From the IMG/VR virus record IMGVR_UViG_3300028284_000001: a DNA stretch of 64,000 bases. One strand, 5' to 3'. The position numbers were made by a program, and so were the translations under genes. Shown in pieces: positions 18,801-29,841 of this stretch. Origin of the DNA: a virus. The notes beneath the pieces were generated by a model, which worked only from the letters and a program-made list of their open reading frames with translations, had not been told where the DNA came from and did not search any database. The first letter of the stretch is position 1; every line of letters begins with the position of its first letter.

Positions 18801-21800
18801 ATATAGTACACTTGATTTACATTAAATATAACATCGCTTAAATTAAGCAATCCATTTGTATTAGCATTTGTTATAGAATCTCTATTGTTTACATCTAAGA
18901 AAACAGCAGAGTTTGCATTAGGAATTAAAATACCTGATTGTAATCTTCTATAACCTTTAATATTTGATTTGACATAAAAGTAATCAGCACCATCTTCAAT
19001 AATAGCCGTAAAATCAATAGGACTATTATTAACACATTCCGTAATTGCTTTAGCAATATCAGCAAAGTTACCTTGAGATGAGAACGAAGTGCTCTCGTAT
19101 GTACCTGATGGTAAAACTGGCGAAGCAAAGAATGTTGAATTATCTAATTTAACGCTTGTTTGAATTTCAGACACTTTAGCGATTGTACTTGAAGTTAAAG
19201 GAACCGTAGCTTCAAAAGATATTTCTAAATCTGAAAGAGTTGCATACTTATCTGTAATATAAATAGTTTTATCTATATCAGATCTTTCTATTTTAATACC
19301 AGCACTATTACCGTCTGGGTATAAGTTTTGAATAGTATCAAATGTATCTGAAAGAGTTGTTCCCGTAGCTATTACGTGTTCAATTGGAGTACCTCCTTGT
19401 ATATTTAGCTTTAACTTCCAGCCTTCACCTGCAATATGTCTTAAGAATTTAATAGAATATGCAGATTCTTTAGAATCAAAAATTACAAATCTATCATTAG
19501 ATTGTGGAATTCCAGTTACCTGTACTTTATTAAAATCAAAACCTGCTGAATCTTCTTTAATAACATCTATAGAGTTACCATTAGCAGCTAGTTTTATTTC
19601 AGAAGAAATACTATTATCACTATCTTCTACAATTACATTTAAACTGCTAGTCTCATAAGCAGCCCTAGATGATATTTTATAGAATGTATCACTTACCGCA
19701 ACATAACCTAAAGTTGGAGTTCCGGAAATATGTTTGAATGAAGGTATTGCAGATTCTGGAGAGTCATTAATATCAGAGCTTAAAGTCTTAAATATAATGT
19801 TTCCATTTTCTGCTGTAGATATACTACCACTTCCTGAATCAATATCGTTTACATAAAGTCCAAAATATCTATTAATAGAATAATCAGAAGCGCTGTTATC
19901 ATCAAATAAGAATTCTAAATTAATAAGATTTGCACATGCTAAGTTGTTTCTTTGAAAGCCATCACTAATAATTTGATTACTAGCAATTAATGGACTATCA
20001 TTTCTTACAAAATCTTGATATAAAAATTCAGGCTTTGATGCAAATCCGCCTTTAACTAAATCAATACCTCTGAAATTTGATTTCTCACCTTTAGCAAAAT
20101 TAAATTGTATTGGCGATTTAGGGAATGCTTCTGCATTAACGTGATTTCTAATATATTTACCTAAAGAAGATTCTGAAGTTAAATCAAATGTCTTAACAAT
20201 CTCAGAGTGTTTAAGTATATCTTGTATGTTTTCTAAATTAGATCTATCGTCAAAATCTAATTCTCCAACTGGATCGTTAACTCTAAATACTACAAATTTC
20301 TTAGGAACTTCTTTATCCAACCAGATTGGAGCTAACATTCTAAAATCTTCATCATGAATTTTAGAGTAATTATATGTAGTACCATAATGATACACTTCTT
20401 CTATTTGCTTATTGAAACTATCTTGAACTGAATAGTCAGAATAATCTGATCTCGTAGCAAACATTATATCTCCTGGCGTGTAGTTAGACTTATAGAATCT
20501 CTGTAAATCATAAGACCATTTACCTGTAGCATTAAGTTCCCATTTTTTATATTCAATAGATGCTAATTCTTTTGTAGCATCAATTGATTCAATAAAGATC
20601 TTATTAGAACTATTAGCAACTAATTTTGCATTAGTAGATAATTTAGGGTTTGTTCTTAACAATGGTTTAGAAACGTTATCCAACGTGTAGTTTGTTTCTA
20701 AATCAAAATTAGGTAAATTTCTATTTGTAATTATTGCATTATCAAGCGTTGGAAATGTATAAGATAGCCATGTTCCAGTTTCTGAATCACACAAATAACA
20801 AATGCTTCCATTTGCACTACTTTCTACAATATCTTGTTGATATAATACCGTTGAGTTACTACCAAATCCTAAATCAACCGGGTTGATAGATATTGGTTTT
20901 AAGTCAACATCTAAATTTTGTTGATATGTTCCTATTTCAACTTCTAACTTGTCAATTGCATCTTCAATGTTAGTTGCTATAATTCTATTAATATAGGTAT
21001 AACAATTACCATCTACTTTAATTTGCGCACGTTCTCCTAAGTTTAAAACATCTGAAGTTCTAAGAGTTTTAATGAAATCTAAAATATAAGAAACATCATC
21101 TCCGGATTCTGATGCAAAATGTAAACCATCTATTACATATAATGGGAAATAAGGCTGGGTTCCAGTAGTTAATCCCGGATCTAATTGAGCTTCACATCCA
21201 TAAAAAACATAATACATCGATTTAGAAGAATCGCTTTCTAGCCCAATCGTAGTATCATTTGGTGGTCCTATAATAGGCAAATCTAAAAGAGGCCTTACGT
21301 AATCGGCGTTTGGCAAACCAATGCCGTCACCACAACCTCCTAATATAGAGCCTACGTTTGCAATTTCCAATACATTGTCTGAATCAAAACCGTACCACCT
21401 GGTCGATCCTGCATATCCAGTTGCATTATCATTATCCCATACTACGAAACCTCCTGTGGTAGCGTCTAATATCACTGAACTAGGCTGTAATAGTGTATAA
21501 TCTAGAACAGTAGCTCCTCCTTGTGTAGCAAAGACTCTAACTTGTTTTTGGGCTAATTGTAATAATGTATAATCAGGTGATGTTCCATTAGGATCTGGTA
21601 TACCATTACCATCTAATCTTGGAGATCTATACCATATAATTATGTCATCAAATAATGTATTAACATCTGCCCATGTTTGGTAAGTTCCGAATACATTACA
21701 TACCGACCCAATATCTGTTGGATCTGGCGTAAACCATTTTACAGAAAGCCATTTAGTATCATATACTGTTGCAGGAACACATTCAAATAAATTTGGATCA

Positions 21801-24088
21801 GGTGCACCAGACACTCCATTTGCTAGCCAAATGCCGGCGTCGACAATATAGTATTGTAATGGACTTTGTTGTAACGCAGTATCTGTATATGAACCGCTCG
21901 GTGCTAATTGTTCTGATGGCGCAGTAGATCCTGAATAAGAATTTGCTACAGCTTCACTTGAAAACAATTGACCATTTGCCGCAACAACGTCTGATAGTGT
22001 AGTGTTAAAACCACCACTATTAAGTTCTCCAATATTTTGCCAAACCTCAACTTCAACCACAGACGACTCATTATCACATAATGGACCATAGTTTTCTTCA
22101 TAAGATACTAGTATTGGCCATGCGCTACCAGTCGTAACATTACAGTTTACAATTTCTTCAAGAGTTGCCCCAGAAGATATCTTTATAGCTCTTACTGTGT
22201 TGTTTGCAGTTTCTTCAGCAGAAAGCCATGGCGATCCTGCACTAAAAAAATTAACAGGTACTGTTAGAGCTTGATCTTGGTATAGTTGATAACCCGGTCC
22301 TATTGGTAAATCCGATAAGAACGTTGAAAAAGCAGCTAAATTTGTATTAGCACTAGTATCATACCAGTATTCTAATGGACCTCTAGTTAAATTACAAACA
22401 GTAGTGCTTGAGTTTCCAAAATTAGAAACCAATACTTTTCTAGAAGCAGCTGCAGATGATTCAAAAGTAAATGTTATATTTTCACTAGCATCATATCCTC
22501 CGTAAAAATCTACTACTTTAAGAGTTACACTAATACTATTAGAGACTGCCGTTGCTGTCACCGAAAGTATTCCGGTAAATGTGTTATATGCTGCATTAAT
22601 TGGACCCGATTGACTCTCGATTGAGACTGTTACATCATGATTTTCAGCATCATTTGTTGTAATTGCAGCACTCTCCCATTCCATACCAACTGCCATTGAT
22701 ATTGTACTAGGAGGTGATATTGTAAACGTAGGAGCAGCATTACTAGGAGTTAGTACCTGTATTTGTATTTGACCTATATCAGTTAAACCATACTCATCCG
22801 TTGCTCTAAAATAAAATACTTCAGTTTGTGATGAATCATTTGGGGTAAGATCTACACTTGTTGTATACGTAAAACCCTCTGTAATATTTGGAGTTGGAGC
22901 AATAGCTCCCGCTTGTAAGTTTTGGTTTATCTGAGCAAGTGTTATTACATTACTTCCGTTCTGGTCATCAACCCAATCGTATGTTACAGTTGGAGTATTC
23001 TCATCAGTTGCCGTTCTTTGAAATGATGTTGTATTACCATTTTGCCCCTGTAATGAAACACTAACAGGATTTGCACTTGGTGCTACGTTAGCAGGATCAT
23101 TAACTGTAATTTCTACTTCCGCAGCGAACAGTTGTTCTTGCCCGTTTGAATCTTCCGCTTTATAGAAAAAAGCATCTGTGTTTCCACCTGCAAATGAATT
23201 ATTTGGGTAATATCTAATTTTTAAGGGATCTGCGCCCGTAATTGTAGTAGGGGTTGTTGTAATATCAACTCCCTGTAATGTTTTAAGCGTTCCATTCGCA
23301 GGAAGCGCTGTTATGTTTATTGTATAACTTTCTGATTCAGGCTCTGTAACATGCTGTGAAAAATCTATTTCCTTAAATGAACTGCCATCTCCGGCATTCA
23401 CCATATTAGTAATTACATTATTACTGACCGGTGGTAGATTAACACTACTATCAGTAATAGTAACTGTTACAGTACTGTTTCCAGTGTTTGTCACACCGTT
23501 AACATCAGCAGCATCTAATACTAATTCAAGAATTTCATCACCTTCATTAAAAGAAATGTCTTCTGCAATACTAAAACTTTGAGACCAATTACCCGAAGAA
23601 AAAGTTCCGGAAGCTACCCAATTGGCTGGGACCACTAAATCGTTGGCATCTATTGTAGTATTAGCACCAAGAGTCCAGCCTATACTATCAAGTGTTCCTC
23701 CTGATGGGTCTGCATTTACTACAAAATTTACTGTAGTTCCCTCATTTGTTGATGAAATATTACCGGCAGTTTCTAAAACATAAATAGGATCTGGGGGAAG
23801 TGTCGTAGTCGTAGTTACAGGCGATTGGACGACACCTACATCACTAATCTGTACTACATAGCCAACAGTATTTATAGAGTACCACCAGTAATCATCACCT
23901 CCAACTACTTCGTTACCCGTAGTTAAGCCTGCATCTGTAAATAATACGTCGCCAGCTTCTAGATCTGTGCTACTTCCTTGTGCCGCCTCGTCAAAGTGAT
24001 ATGTTATAGTATTTACACTTCCAGGTCCGTTTGTCCAAGCACCCGCTTCTGTTGTGTACCCACTATTATGAAATATAATTTGTGCCAT
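15881..24088 (-). CDS. Giant (2735 aa) virion/baseplate protein with N-terminal Ig/cadherin/Calx-beta-like repeats
   Basis: NEG.TV.F, EGDEILEL.L, N.AP, F.Y.A.D motifs in the N-terminal ~1100 aa; late motif at 24126-24134. Confidence 0.65.
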   Translation of the reverse strand: MAQIIFHNSGYTTEAGAWTNGPGSVNTITYHFDEAAQGSSTDLEAGDVLFTDAGLTTGNEVVGGDDYWWYSINTVGYVVQISDVGVVQSPVTTTTTLPPDPIYVLETAGNISSTNEGTTVNFVVNADPSGGTLDSIGWTLGANTTIDANDLVVPANWVASGTFSSGNWSQSFSIAEDISFNEGDEILELVLDAADVNGVTNTGNSTVTVTITDSSVNLPPVSNNVITNMVNAGDGSSFKEIDFSQHVTEPESESYTINITALPANGTLKTLQGVDITTTPTTITGADPLKIRYYPNNSFAGGNTDAFFYKAEDSNGQEQLFAAEVEITVNDPANVAPSANPVSVSLQGQNGNTTSFQRTATDENTPTVTYDWVDDQNGSNVITLAQINQNLQAGAIAPTPNITEGFTYTTSVDLTPNDSSQTEVFYFRATDEYGLTDIGQIQIQVLTPSNAAPTFTISPPSTISMAVGMEWESAAITTNDAENHDVTVSIESQSGPINAAYNTFTGILSVTATAVSNSISVTLKVVDFYGGYDASENITFTFESSAAASRKVLVSNFGNSSTTVCNLTRGPLEYWYDTSANTNLAAFSTFLSDLPIGPGYQLYQDQALTVPVNFFSAGSPWLSAEETANNTVRAIKISSGATLEEIVNCNVTTGSAWPILVSYEENYGPLCDNESSVVEVEVWQNIGELNSGGFNTTLSDVVAANGQLFSSEAVANSYSGSTAPSEQLAPSGSYTDTALQQSPLQYYIVDAGIWLANGVSGAPDPNLFECVPATVYDTKWLSVKWFTPDPTDIGSVCNVFGTYQTWADVNTLFDDIIIWYRSPRLDGNGIPDPNGTSPDYTLLQLAQKQVRVFATQGGATVLDYTLLQPSSVILDATTGGFVVWDNDNATGYAGSTRWYGFDSDNVLEIANVGSILGGCGDGIGLPNADYVRPLLDLPIIGPPNDTTIGLESDSSKSMYYVFYGCEAQLDPGLTTGTQPYFPLYVIDGLHFASESGDDVSYILDFIKTLRTSDVLNLGERAQIKVDGNCYTYINRIIATNIEDAIDKLEVEIGTYQQNLDVDLKPISINPVDLGFGSNSTVLYQQDIVESSANGSICYLCDSETGTWLSYTFPTLDNAIITNRNLPNFDLETNYTLDNVSKPLLRTNPKLSTNAKLVANSSNKIFIESIDATKELASIEYKKWELNATGKWSYDLQRFYKSNYTPGDIMFATRSDYSDYSVQDSFNKQIEEVYHYGTTYNYSKIHDEDFRMLAPIWLDKEVPKKFVVFRVNDPVGELDFDDRSNLENIQDILKHSEIVKTFDLTSESSLGKYIRNHVNAEAFPKSPIQFNFAKGEKSNFRGIDLVKGGFASKPEFLYQDFVRNDSPLIASNQIISDGFQRNNLACANLINLEFLFDDNSASDYSINRYFGLYVNDIDSGSGSISTAENGNIIFKTLSSDINDSPESAIPSFKHISGTPTLGYVAVSDTFYKISSRAAYETSSLNVIVEDSDNSISSEIKLAANGNSIDVIKEDSAGFDFNKVQVTGIPQSNDRFVIFDSKESAYSIKFLRHIAGEGWKLKLNIQGGTPIEHVIATGTTLSDTFDTIQNLYPDGNSAGIKIERSDIDKTIYITDKYATLSDLEISFEATVPLTSSTIAKVSEIQTSVKLDNSTFFASPVLPSGTYESTSFSSQGNFADIAKAITECVNNSPIDFTAIIEDGADYFYVKSNIKGYRRLQSGILIPNANSAVFLDVNNRDSITNANTNGLLNLSDVIFNVNQVYYMNGGNSAGKSILVTKDSVADINVGDLIATNSDNVYNKVIDIVEDIERADTIYNKIILEDINTLASGEQNVYADNVARIGLFSAYDIHDMDFDFYDISNSDLKELEFETPANINYEPQQSTTNTLTVFDSEFEDEPVNYFTGIGGILPEEGLDSYNESKLWSEYDRLQENNLKQFAVRSRVTPNINKWVLKDGTTVREEGYHLNSNEAFGRTNFSPDFDAEGRDRLGMTHEWFYLDNVPKYLKYDQLNDTFSYVNFLEGFELNASHFKSTSYNYFDRFMVTEGFEKTDSNGIKSFIKTNLQKKYTNVSGGNDASFGSTLFKGIKVSFKNRKEFENITTNDFVKSSEFNGYKFSTLVMVRGGQATNDIEYEVIQNKEFEFVVFLITISMDDLWIDGALNRKLLYEMNHSFVWNHETENFSYSDVAISGALNLNDINFTDPTAADYLIASGIDHVDGGLPQFLDQINPDENEVFGNIYVTVQDSSGPVTFKLKIASIDDQAQLTLTSAPVDLNGNPVNVSNIAGYLQTSATYVYKGGGKNAFTSILGSLSVSAVSDLLKNNDGSIKYTTVEIDGAINSNRFEIQFESGVEVIKQSMLVTVSDEEKPKTFKLKQGTIGYELSVSDTYYPFLVRHNGDYTISTNPIVTFTDTYTHFKTNTLQSTANPTEILFEESMYKHSLTNAKEVELARDYYKKYNRCGTSFNLGYIQDRNIHDNGWGIIKNHFYRKVNETNAAAVTKLSESTDKLPLYPLIGEVTIDKKDINVFKSSWDKNYYTRSLSGGLFEQVPGTFETKEERSYLGSTIMKIKDSYNITNFTSYATKTQEQQDRILANGDEKYDVVSFENKDYIYMDFYITSTLKKLLSSDGVLNSINKFVTAVNSAGDKTTTKDDALLYVENNLLNTFNLDQIKLYTSRRKGQFSEILSTDSIDNLDDGAFSNDINFTFKSHEQQPLNFRLIYNKRLGYSYEVRPMVKIKS

Positions 24089-24125
24089 TCAGTTTTATCT
24101 TATTTATAGAGATCTTTCGTCTCTA

Positions 24126-24134
24126 TTATATATC
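24126..24134 (-). promoter_or_regulatory. Late-type promoter GATATATAA
   Basis: Recurring motif, intergenic. Confidence 0.65.
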
Positions 24135-24164
24135 AAGATTATTATCTAACTAAATGAAGGATAG

Positions 24165-27100
24165 CTATTGTACTATGTTTCTACCGTTGGACTGAGTATA
24201 CCATACTTGTCCAGTTACCGGTAGCGATCTAGTCAATCTAGCAGCTTTAATAGAATTTAAGTTTTTACCTTTAGGGCTGTATTTAGCAAACACTTCTAAG
24301 TCAAATGAAAACTGTTCATCATACTTGTCGAAAATATCTAAGCCAATCTTTTTAGTATATGTTAAGTTACTATAAGCTAATCTAGCAAATCCTCCAATTC
24401 TACCAGTATCTAAATCTTCATTATTTCCAAAGTAATCTGTCATTCTATATTGGAAAACAATGTCTATTGAAACTGCGTTAGATTCATTATCTTTTTTAGG
24501 GTTAATTGATTTTTTACTTCTTCTAGTATCACCACCAACTTTTAAAGTATTAACATTAATTGGAGACATGAATAGAAATGCACCACAAGATCTACCACCT
24601 AATAAATATTGGTCACTTTCTTCAAATGACATTTTAATAGGTCTTCCTAGCGGATCGTTTGGCGTAATAGCACTTAAACCTCTACCATTATGGTATGCTG
24701 TTTGTTGTTTTGATTTCTTAACATCTAATAAAGAATTGTAACCAAAGAAACTAAATAAAGTTGCTCCTGTAGCAATACTTGCAGTTTTTGGCATAGAAAC
24801 AACCATGGCCTTACGTGCATTATCTACATTAAAAGAACCTGCATCATTAGCATCTTCCCATAAATTCTCTATAACAGGATGATCTTTATGCATATACAAA
24901 CCTCTATTGTATTGGTATAAACCTATATCTCCTATGCTTGTTCTACTAGCTTTTGTTTCGTCCCATATTTCAGATGAGCCATAAACAGTTGATCCAGCAC
25001 CGGCTTCAAAATCACCAGCCCAAATAAAATCGTTTACACCATTAGTAACTGTTAATGTAGTACCTGAATTGTAACTCATTTCATGTTCGTAATCTGTAAT
25101 ATCGTCACCGCTAGCAGTTTCAACTGGTTCAATAACATAATGTGGATTTTGATTAGCAACATCCATAAATCTACTATAAACAAATTGACCTCTTCTCTGT
25201 GCTGATTGATATGGAGCATCTCCAGATTCTTCAACATTCGATGTATCTACATTTTGATATAAAATAGGTGATAAATCATATTTACCTTCTGTTAAGTAAT
25301 ACGTATCATTTTCTACTTTTCTATCTTTAGCATCTGCATTATTATCATTCGTTTCAATACCGAAGCCGTTTGTAGACTCGGTTGAATTAGAATCAGAAGA
25401 TCTATATGCAGCTTTTTCTCTATCTCCAACAAGTCTAGTAATTAATTCTAATTTAGTTGCTTTACTATTTTCTAGTTGTAACTTAAATGTTTTGTTTACA
25501 ATAGCTCCTTTTCTAATAGTTAAATCAGCAACCTCATCTCTATAATATCCTCCAAACAATTGGACTGTTTGATTATTACTTACGTTTGTAACTGTACCAT
25601 CTTCTGAAACAAGCTTAACAATAAGTTCTCCAACTTCAGCTTCAACACTACCTTTAAGAGCTGCAATCTGAGCTTCGAGTTCCGCAATCTTGTCATATAC
25701 AGAAATTGGCTTTTGTTCTGGGGATAAGAATCCAGATGCAATATTAGTTGCAATGTGAGCATAATAACTTTCGTTAGCTGTAAAAGAATCTCCAACGTGA
25801 GTGTAAATACCTTGAGCATTTAATTCTTCCGTCATTCTTACTCTAGCTAATTCAGCTAGGTTAGCTTCAACTGTTGCAGCAATATCTGTTGTGTCTATTT
25901 CTGCTTCTGGGAATCCAACCGTCATAGGCTCTGACCAATCAGACATAATAGGGTTTTGAGGATAACCTGCTTCTGAAATAGATTTAACTCTAATTTCTAC
26001 AGTTTCACCCTGACTAATTGGAATATCTAATTGATTAAAGTTAATCTCTTGACCATCTTCAACTTTAGGGTTTTGCCATGTAAATTTAGTAGCAACGCTT
26101 CCGTCGGCTGCAACTGTTTTTAATCTAGGTCTTACTTTAGTTTTATATTCGTTCCAATTTGAAAATACCGCTGTCTTTTCTCTAGCGCCATCTTTAAATT
26201 TAAGTTGAGAAGCTTCACCTGATTTACCAGATGTAGATAAGTATCTATATGATACGATAAATTGTACAACTTCTTGATCGGCAGTATCTGCAACTTGTTT
26301 AGCTGTAGGAGTAGCCCAAAAACCTCTAATTCTATATTTAGCTTTTATGTTCTTAACATTAGAACTAGAAGAAATACTTTGAATCTGATTTACTACTGAA
26401 TTAAAAAGTTTTGCTTCAGAAGTTCTTTCTTGAATTAATGAAGATAATTCAGATCTATCTTTATCTCTCTGCACTTTAGATTCGTACTTCTTAGTAGAAA
26501 TCTCTTCACGCTTTTTAGAAATTGTAGAATCTAATTTCTTAACCGCCTCATCAACTGTAATTTTATCAGCTGATAATTTAGAAATTTTATCTTTAGAATC
26601 ATTAGCAGTTAAATGCTTATTAATAGCTACTACTTTAAAGTTCTCACCATCTAATACTGGAGCATCAGGTGTAACACCGCTTGCTGCAGGAGGAATTGAA
26701 TCCACTTTAAGAGCTTCAATCATTCTACTGAAATCTGCTACGTTATCTTTATAGTACTCAGCTAGGGTGATTTGAACACCATCATCTTGAGTAATTAATA
26801 ATTCGTTTGTGTAATAACCAACACCAGGTGACCAGTTCTCAGCTAATAGCTTTGATTCTGGATCTATTGCTTTCATAAACATTAAGACTCTCTCGTTGAA
26901 TCCACATGGTACCTCAATCTTTAAGTTATTATCTTCGCTCTTATAGATACCAACTATGCCTACTCCGTTTACTCCAATTTTAATTGGCTCATAGCCCTCA
27001 ATCAATCTAAGCTCAACCTGTCTAGCTGAAGAATCCAGCTTGTCAATTACATATCTTGTATTTCTAGATCCACCATTAACCATTAATTCATCTCCAACGG

Positions 27101-27875
27101 TTAGTAATTCAGTCTGATCTAAATCTTTAGTTTTATCAGAATATGTTAATTTATCTAATGTATATAATTTAATAGCTTGTTTTGTAGTAACTCCATCAAC
27201 TAAAACTTCTCTTTGAGAATTTGAAATTGATATAACATCAAACTTACCAGTGTATTGACCAGTTCTATATGGCATATCTCTTAACTCTTCGTCAACGATA
27301 TATGCAATATTATTATTAACAACATCATTAAGTACTGTTAAGTAATTTAAGTTCTCTTGGTTTCTATAATTGTCATTAAAGAAGTTAACCGCAACATCAT
27401 TCGTTGAATCAAATATAATTCTTTTAACTAAAACTCTTTCAGTATCATTTGGAACTTGTCCACTAACATCAAACGCAGTTTTAAGCATTGGATTTAAGAA
27501 ATCTTCTGCAAAATAGTTTGGAGATGTTGTAAATAGTACAGGTTTAGAAACTGCTGTAAGGTCGTTTGCTGGAGTTTTAAGAGAAGATGTAATAATATTT
27601 TGATAAGTTCCATCTGGTAACTTAATCTTAGTTGTACCTTTACCTAATCCTGTCAGAGCTTTAAGATTAGTATCTAATCTTTGCAACTCTTTTTGCATAA
27701 ATCCAAATCCGGGAATAGACACTATTTTAGTGCCCTCGTCAGTAAGTATTTCTAATGGAATACTTTTTTGCTCGGTTGTAACTGCTTCGTTAATTCTTTC
27801 AAAAGTTTTTAACGAGTTAGTATTAAGCTCTAAGAGCTTTTTTAAAGAGTTAGAAATAGAGTTGTTTGTGTTCAT
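24165..27875 (-). CDS. Large virion structural protein with coiled coils
   Basis: 1236 aa in the baseplate operon. Confidence 0.55.
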   Translation of the reverse strand: MNTNNSISNSLKKLLELNTNSLKTFERINEAVTTEQKSIPLEILTDEGTKIVSIPGFGFMQKELQRLDTNLKALTGLGKGTTKIKLPDGTYQNIITSSLKTPANDLTAVSKPVLFTTSPNYFAEDFLNPMLKTAFDVSGQVPNDTERVLVKRIIFDSTNDVAVNFFNDNYRNQENLNYLTVLNDVVNNNIAYIVDEELRDMPYRTGQYTGKFDVISISNSQREVLVDGVTTKQAIKLYTLDKLTYSDKTKDLDQTELLTVGDELMVNGGSRNTRYVIDKLDSSARQVELRLIEGYEPIKIGVNGVGIVGIYKSEDNNLKIEVPCGFNERVLMFMKAIDPESKLLAENWSPGVGYYTNELLITQDDGVQITLAEYYKDNVADFSRMIEALKVDSIPPAASGVTPDAPVLDGENFKVVAINKHLTANDSKDKISKLSADKITVDEAVKKLDSTISKKREEISTKKYESKVQRDKDRSELSSLIQERTSEAKLFNSVVNQIQSISSSSNVKNIKAKYRIRGFWATPTAKQVADTADQEVVQFIVSYRYLSTSGKSGEASQLKFKDGAREKTAVFSNWNEYKTKVRPRLKTVAADGSVATKFTWQNPKVEDGQEINFNQLDIPISQGETVEIRVKSISEAGYPQNPIMSDWSEPMTVGFPEAEIDTTDIAATVEANLAELARVRMTEELNAQGIYTHVGDSFTANESYYAHIATNIASGFLSPEQKPISVYDKIAELEAQIAALKGSVEAEVGELIVKLVSEDGTVTNVSNNQTVQLFGGYYRDEVADLTIRKGAIVNKTFKLQLENSKATKLELITRLVGDREKAAYRSSDSNSTESTNGFGIETNDNNADAKDRKVENDTYYLTEGKYDLSPILYQNVDTSNVEESGDAPYQSAQRRGQFVYSRFMDVANQNPHYVIEPVETASGDDITDYEHEMSYNSGTTLTVTNGVNDFIWAGDFEAGAGSTVYGSSEIWDETKASRTSIGDIGLYQYNRGLYMHKDHPVIENLWEDANDAGSFNVDNARKAMVVSMPKTASIATGATLFSFFGYNSLLDVKKSKQQTAYHNGRGLSAITPNDPLGRPIKMSFEESDQYLLGGRSCGAFLFMSPINVNTLKVGGDTRRSKKSINPKKDNESNAVSIDIVFQYRMTDYFGNNEDLDTGRIGGFARLAYSNLTYTKKIGLDIFDKYDEQFSFDLEVFAKYSPKGKNLNSIKAARLTRSLPVTGQVWYTQSNGRNIVQ

Positions 27876-27876
27876 A

Positions 27877-29817
27877 TTATCTTAAAATATCTGCTTCAAA
27901 TACATAATTAGATGGATCCATACATACAATTTCAATATAAGGAGTTGTCGTTATCAACTGCGATGGGTCGATATTAACAACTGCTTGATTAAAACCTGTA
28001 GAAGTACTTGTCCAAATTTTTATATTATTTCCGTTAATGTCAATGTTATCCAGTGCGACTCTAAATATTTGTCCTTTAGTCCAACCTATCGTAGAATCAT
28101 CAATGTATATATTAAGATTTCCATTGAAGGGTTGGGCGTCGATTAAGTTTTTTAAACTTAATCTATTTGAGAACGAAACTAGTTTAGACCAAACACCATA
28201 AGTGTTTGCAAACGTTGGGTTAAATATGTTCCCTGATGTCAATTGACCAGATATTGTTTTAGCAGCAATATCCCATCTAAACACGTCAGAGATAGCATAA
28301 CCATCGACGGTGTTATTTACTTTTATCTTTCCTGCAATAGATTTATCAACAGTTGTACCTTTACCTGCAAAAATTACATCTGTATTATACTGTAATTCTA
28401 CTGGTATCGTACCATCTATTAACGAATTGATTTTTCCATGTGCATTATTTACAAGCGCTAACAAAGAGTTTGAATCTTGTAATTGTAGAGAAGAAGCTGT
28501 AAAATTATCTTCTAGCTCTATTATTCTTTTTTCTAAAGCAGCTGCTTTCGCAGTAGCTAATATTACATTCTCTAAACTATCTAATCTATCTACGACTTTA
28601 CCATATCTATTATTTGCTTGCAATAATAAATCTGTTGCATTTTCTAATGCAGTAGTAGTGTCCATAAAAAGGTCCATTGAGAATGTAGTAAAATCATTTA
28701 CACTTGTCTCAACACCTACATTATCTAGAGATGAATTAAATTTAAGATTTAACTTTAATGAATAAGCATTACCGTTTAAACCTGTAACTTCATTAGGCTT
28801 AAATTTAATTTGTTCATGTATTTTTGTACCAGGTCCAGAAGTATCTTGAATATCATCTAAGATTAAGATACCATATAGGTTGGTAGATCTATTTGCTGGA
28901 ATTGACTGACTATATAAATCATAGTAAACTAGAACGGCATTAAATCTAAATTGTTGTCCAGTCTTAGCAAAGTCTAATAGCGACTTTACATCAGGGTTAT
29001 TCTGAATTCCTGCATAAGAAGCAGTGTCCCAATCAATAACAACTGAATCCGTAGCGTTTGTTGCGATATCATAATAAGCACCTGAATTAACTGACCATTC
29101 GTCTACGACTGGTGCAAGATTAACATTAGGATCTGGGTGTGTTTGTCCCTCTCTTCCTTCAATGTTAGCAGCTTCGCTATCTGTTGGGTATAATTTTGTA
29201 GCAGTTGTGTTATACTCCTGTGGCTTAAATAAAACTAATGGAGAGTAACCTACTGATGTTGGTACATTAATGTAAACTTCATGATATGTATTACCTTGAT
29301 AAGCCACATCATTTTCTGCATCAATGCTACCTAAATACTTTACTACTCTATCATAATTAGCACCACCTAAAATAGCATTATTATTTTCAGCGTAGGCTCC
29401 TGTTGTAGATTCGTTAGAATCTGTAGGTCTAAGCTTTATTGCTCCTAATGCAGACATCCATTTAAAGAATATCTTCTCAGCATCTGAAGCTAAAATAATT
29501 GGATCGTAATCATCATCATGTAGTAGAATCTCTTCCATGTTTAACGCATAGTTCTGAAAAGTCTGTGCGAAATCAACGTTAGGTGGACCTGCTACATAAT
29601 CTTGTCCAGAAGCTTGCTTTAAGTTCAGACCAAAGTCTATGGTATTAGAGCCGCTATTAGAATCTGTAAAATCTGGTAAGTCTAGTAAAGCGTATTTACT
29701 AAATTCAAATTTTAAATCAGAACTATTAAACGCCCTAGTCATGTCCCTTGCCGATGAAGCAAAAGCATACATTGTGCCACCCTGAGGCTGCGGTATTCTA
29801 ACTAAAGGAGTTGCCAT
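27877..29817 (-). CDS. Putative baseplate structural protein
   Basis: FNAVLVYYD..NLYGIL motif, coiled coil, baseplate context. Confidence 0.5.
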   Translation of the reverse strand: MATPLVRIPQPQGGTMYAFASSARDMTRAFNSSDLKFEFSKYALLDLPDFTDSNSGSNTIDFGLNLKQASGQDYVAGPPNVDFAQTFQNYALNMEEILLHDDDYDPIILASDAEKIFFKWMSALGAIKLRPTDSNESTTGAYAENNNAILGGANYDRVVKYLGSIDAENDVAYQGNTYHEVYINVPTSVGYSPLVLFKPQEYNTTATKLYPTDSEAANIEGREGQTHPDPNVNLAPVVDEWSVNSGAYYDIATNATDSVVIDWDTASYAGIQNNPDVKSLLDFAKTGQQFRFNAVLVYYDLYSQSIPANRSTNLYGILILDDIQDTSGPGTKIHEQIKFKPNEVTGLNGNAYSLKLNLKFNSSLDNVGVETSVNDFTTFSMDLFMDTTTALENATDLLLQANNRYGKVVDRLDSLENVILATAKAAALEKRIIELEDNFTASSLQLQDSNSLLALVNNAHGKINSLIDGTIPVELQYNTDVIFAGKGTTVDKSIAGKIKVNNTVDGYAISDVFRWDIAAKTISGQLTSGNIFNPTFANTYGVWSKLVSFSNRLSLKNLIDAQPFNGNLNIYIDDSTIGWTKGQIFRVALDNIDINGNNIKIWTSTSTGFNQAVVNIDPSQLITTTPYIEIVCMDPSNYVFEADILR

Positions 29818-29841
29818 CTATTAGGTTTTAATTTAATTCTT

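Noticed and set aside
13061-24088. Diversity-generating retroelement or invertible fibre cassette
   Set aside because: No reverse transcriptase or invertase gene and no template/variable repeat pair seen in the window.
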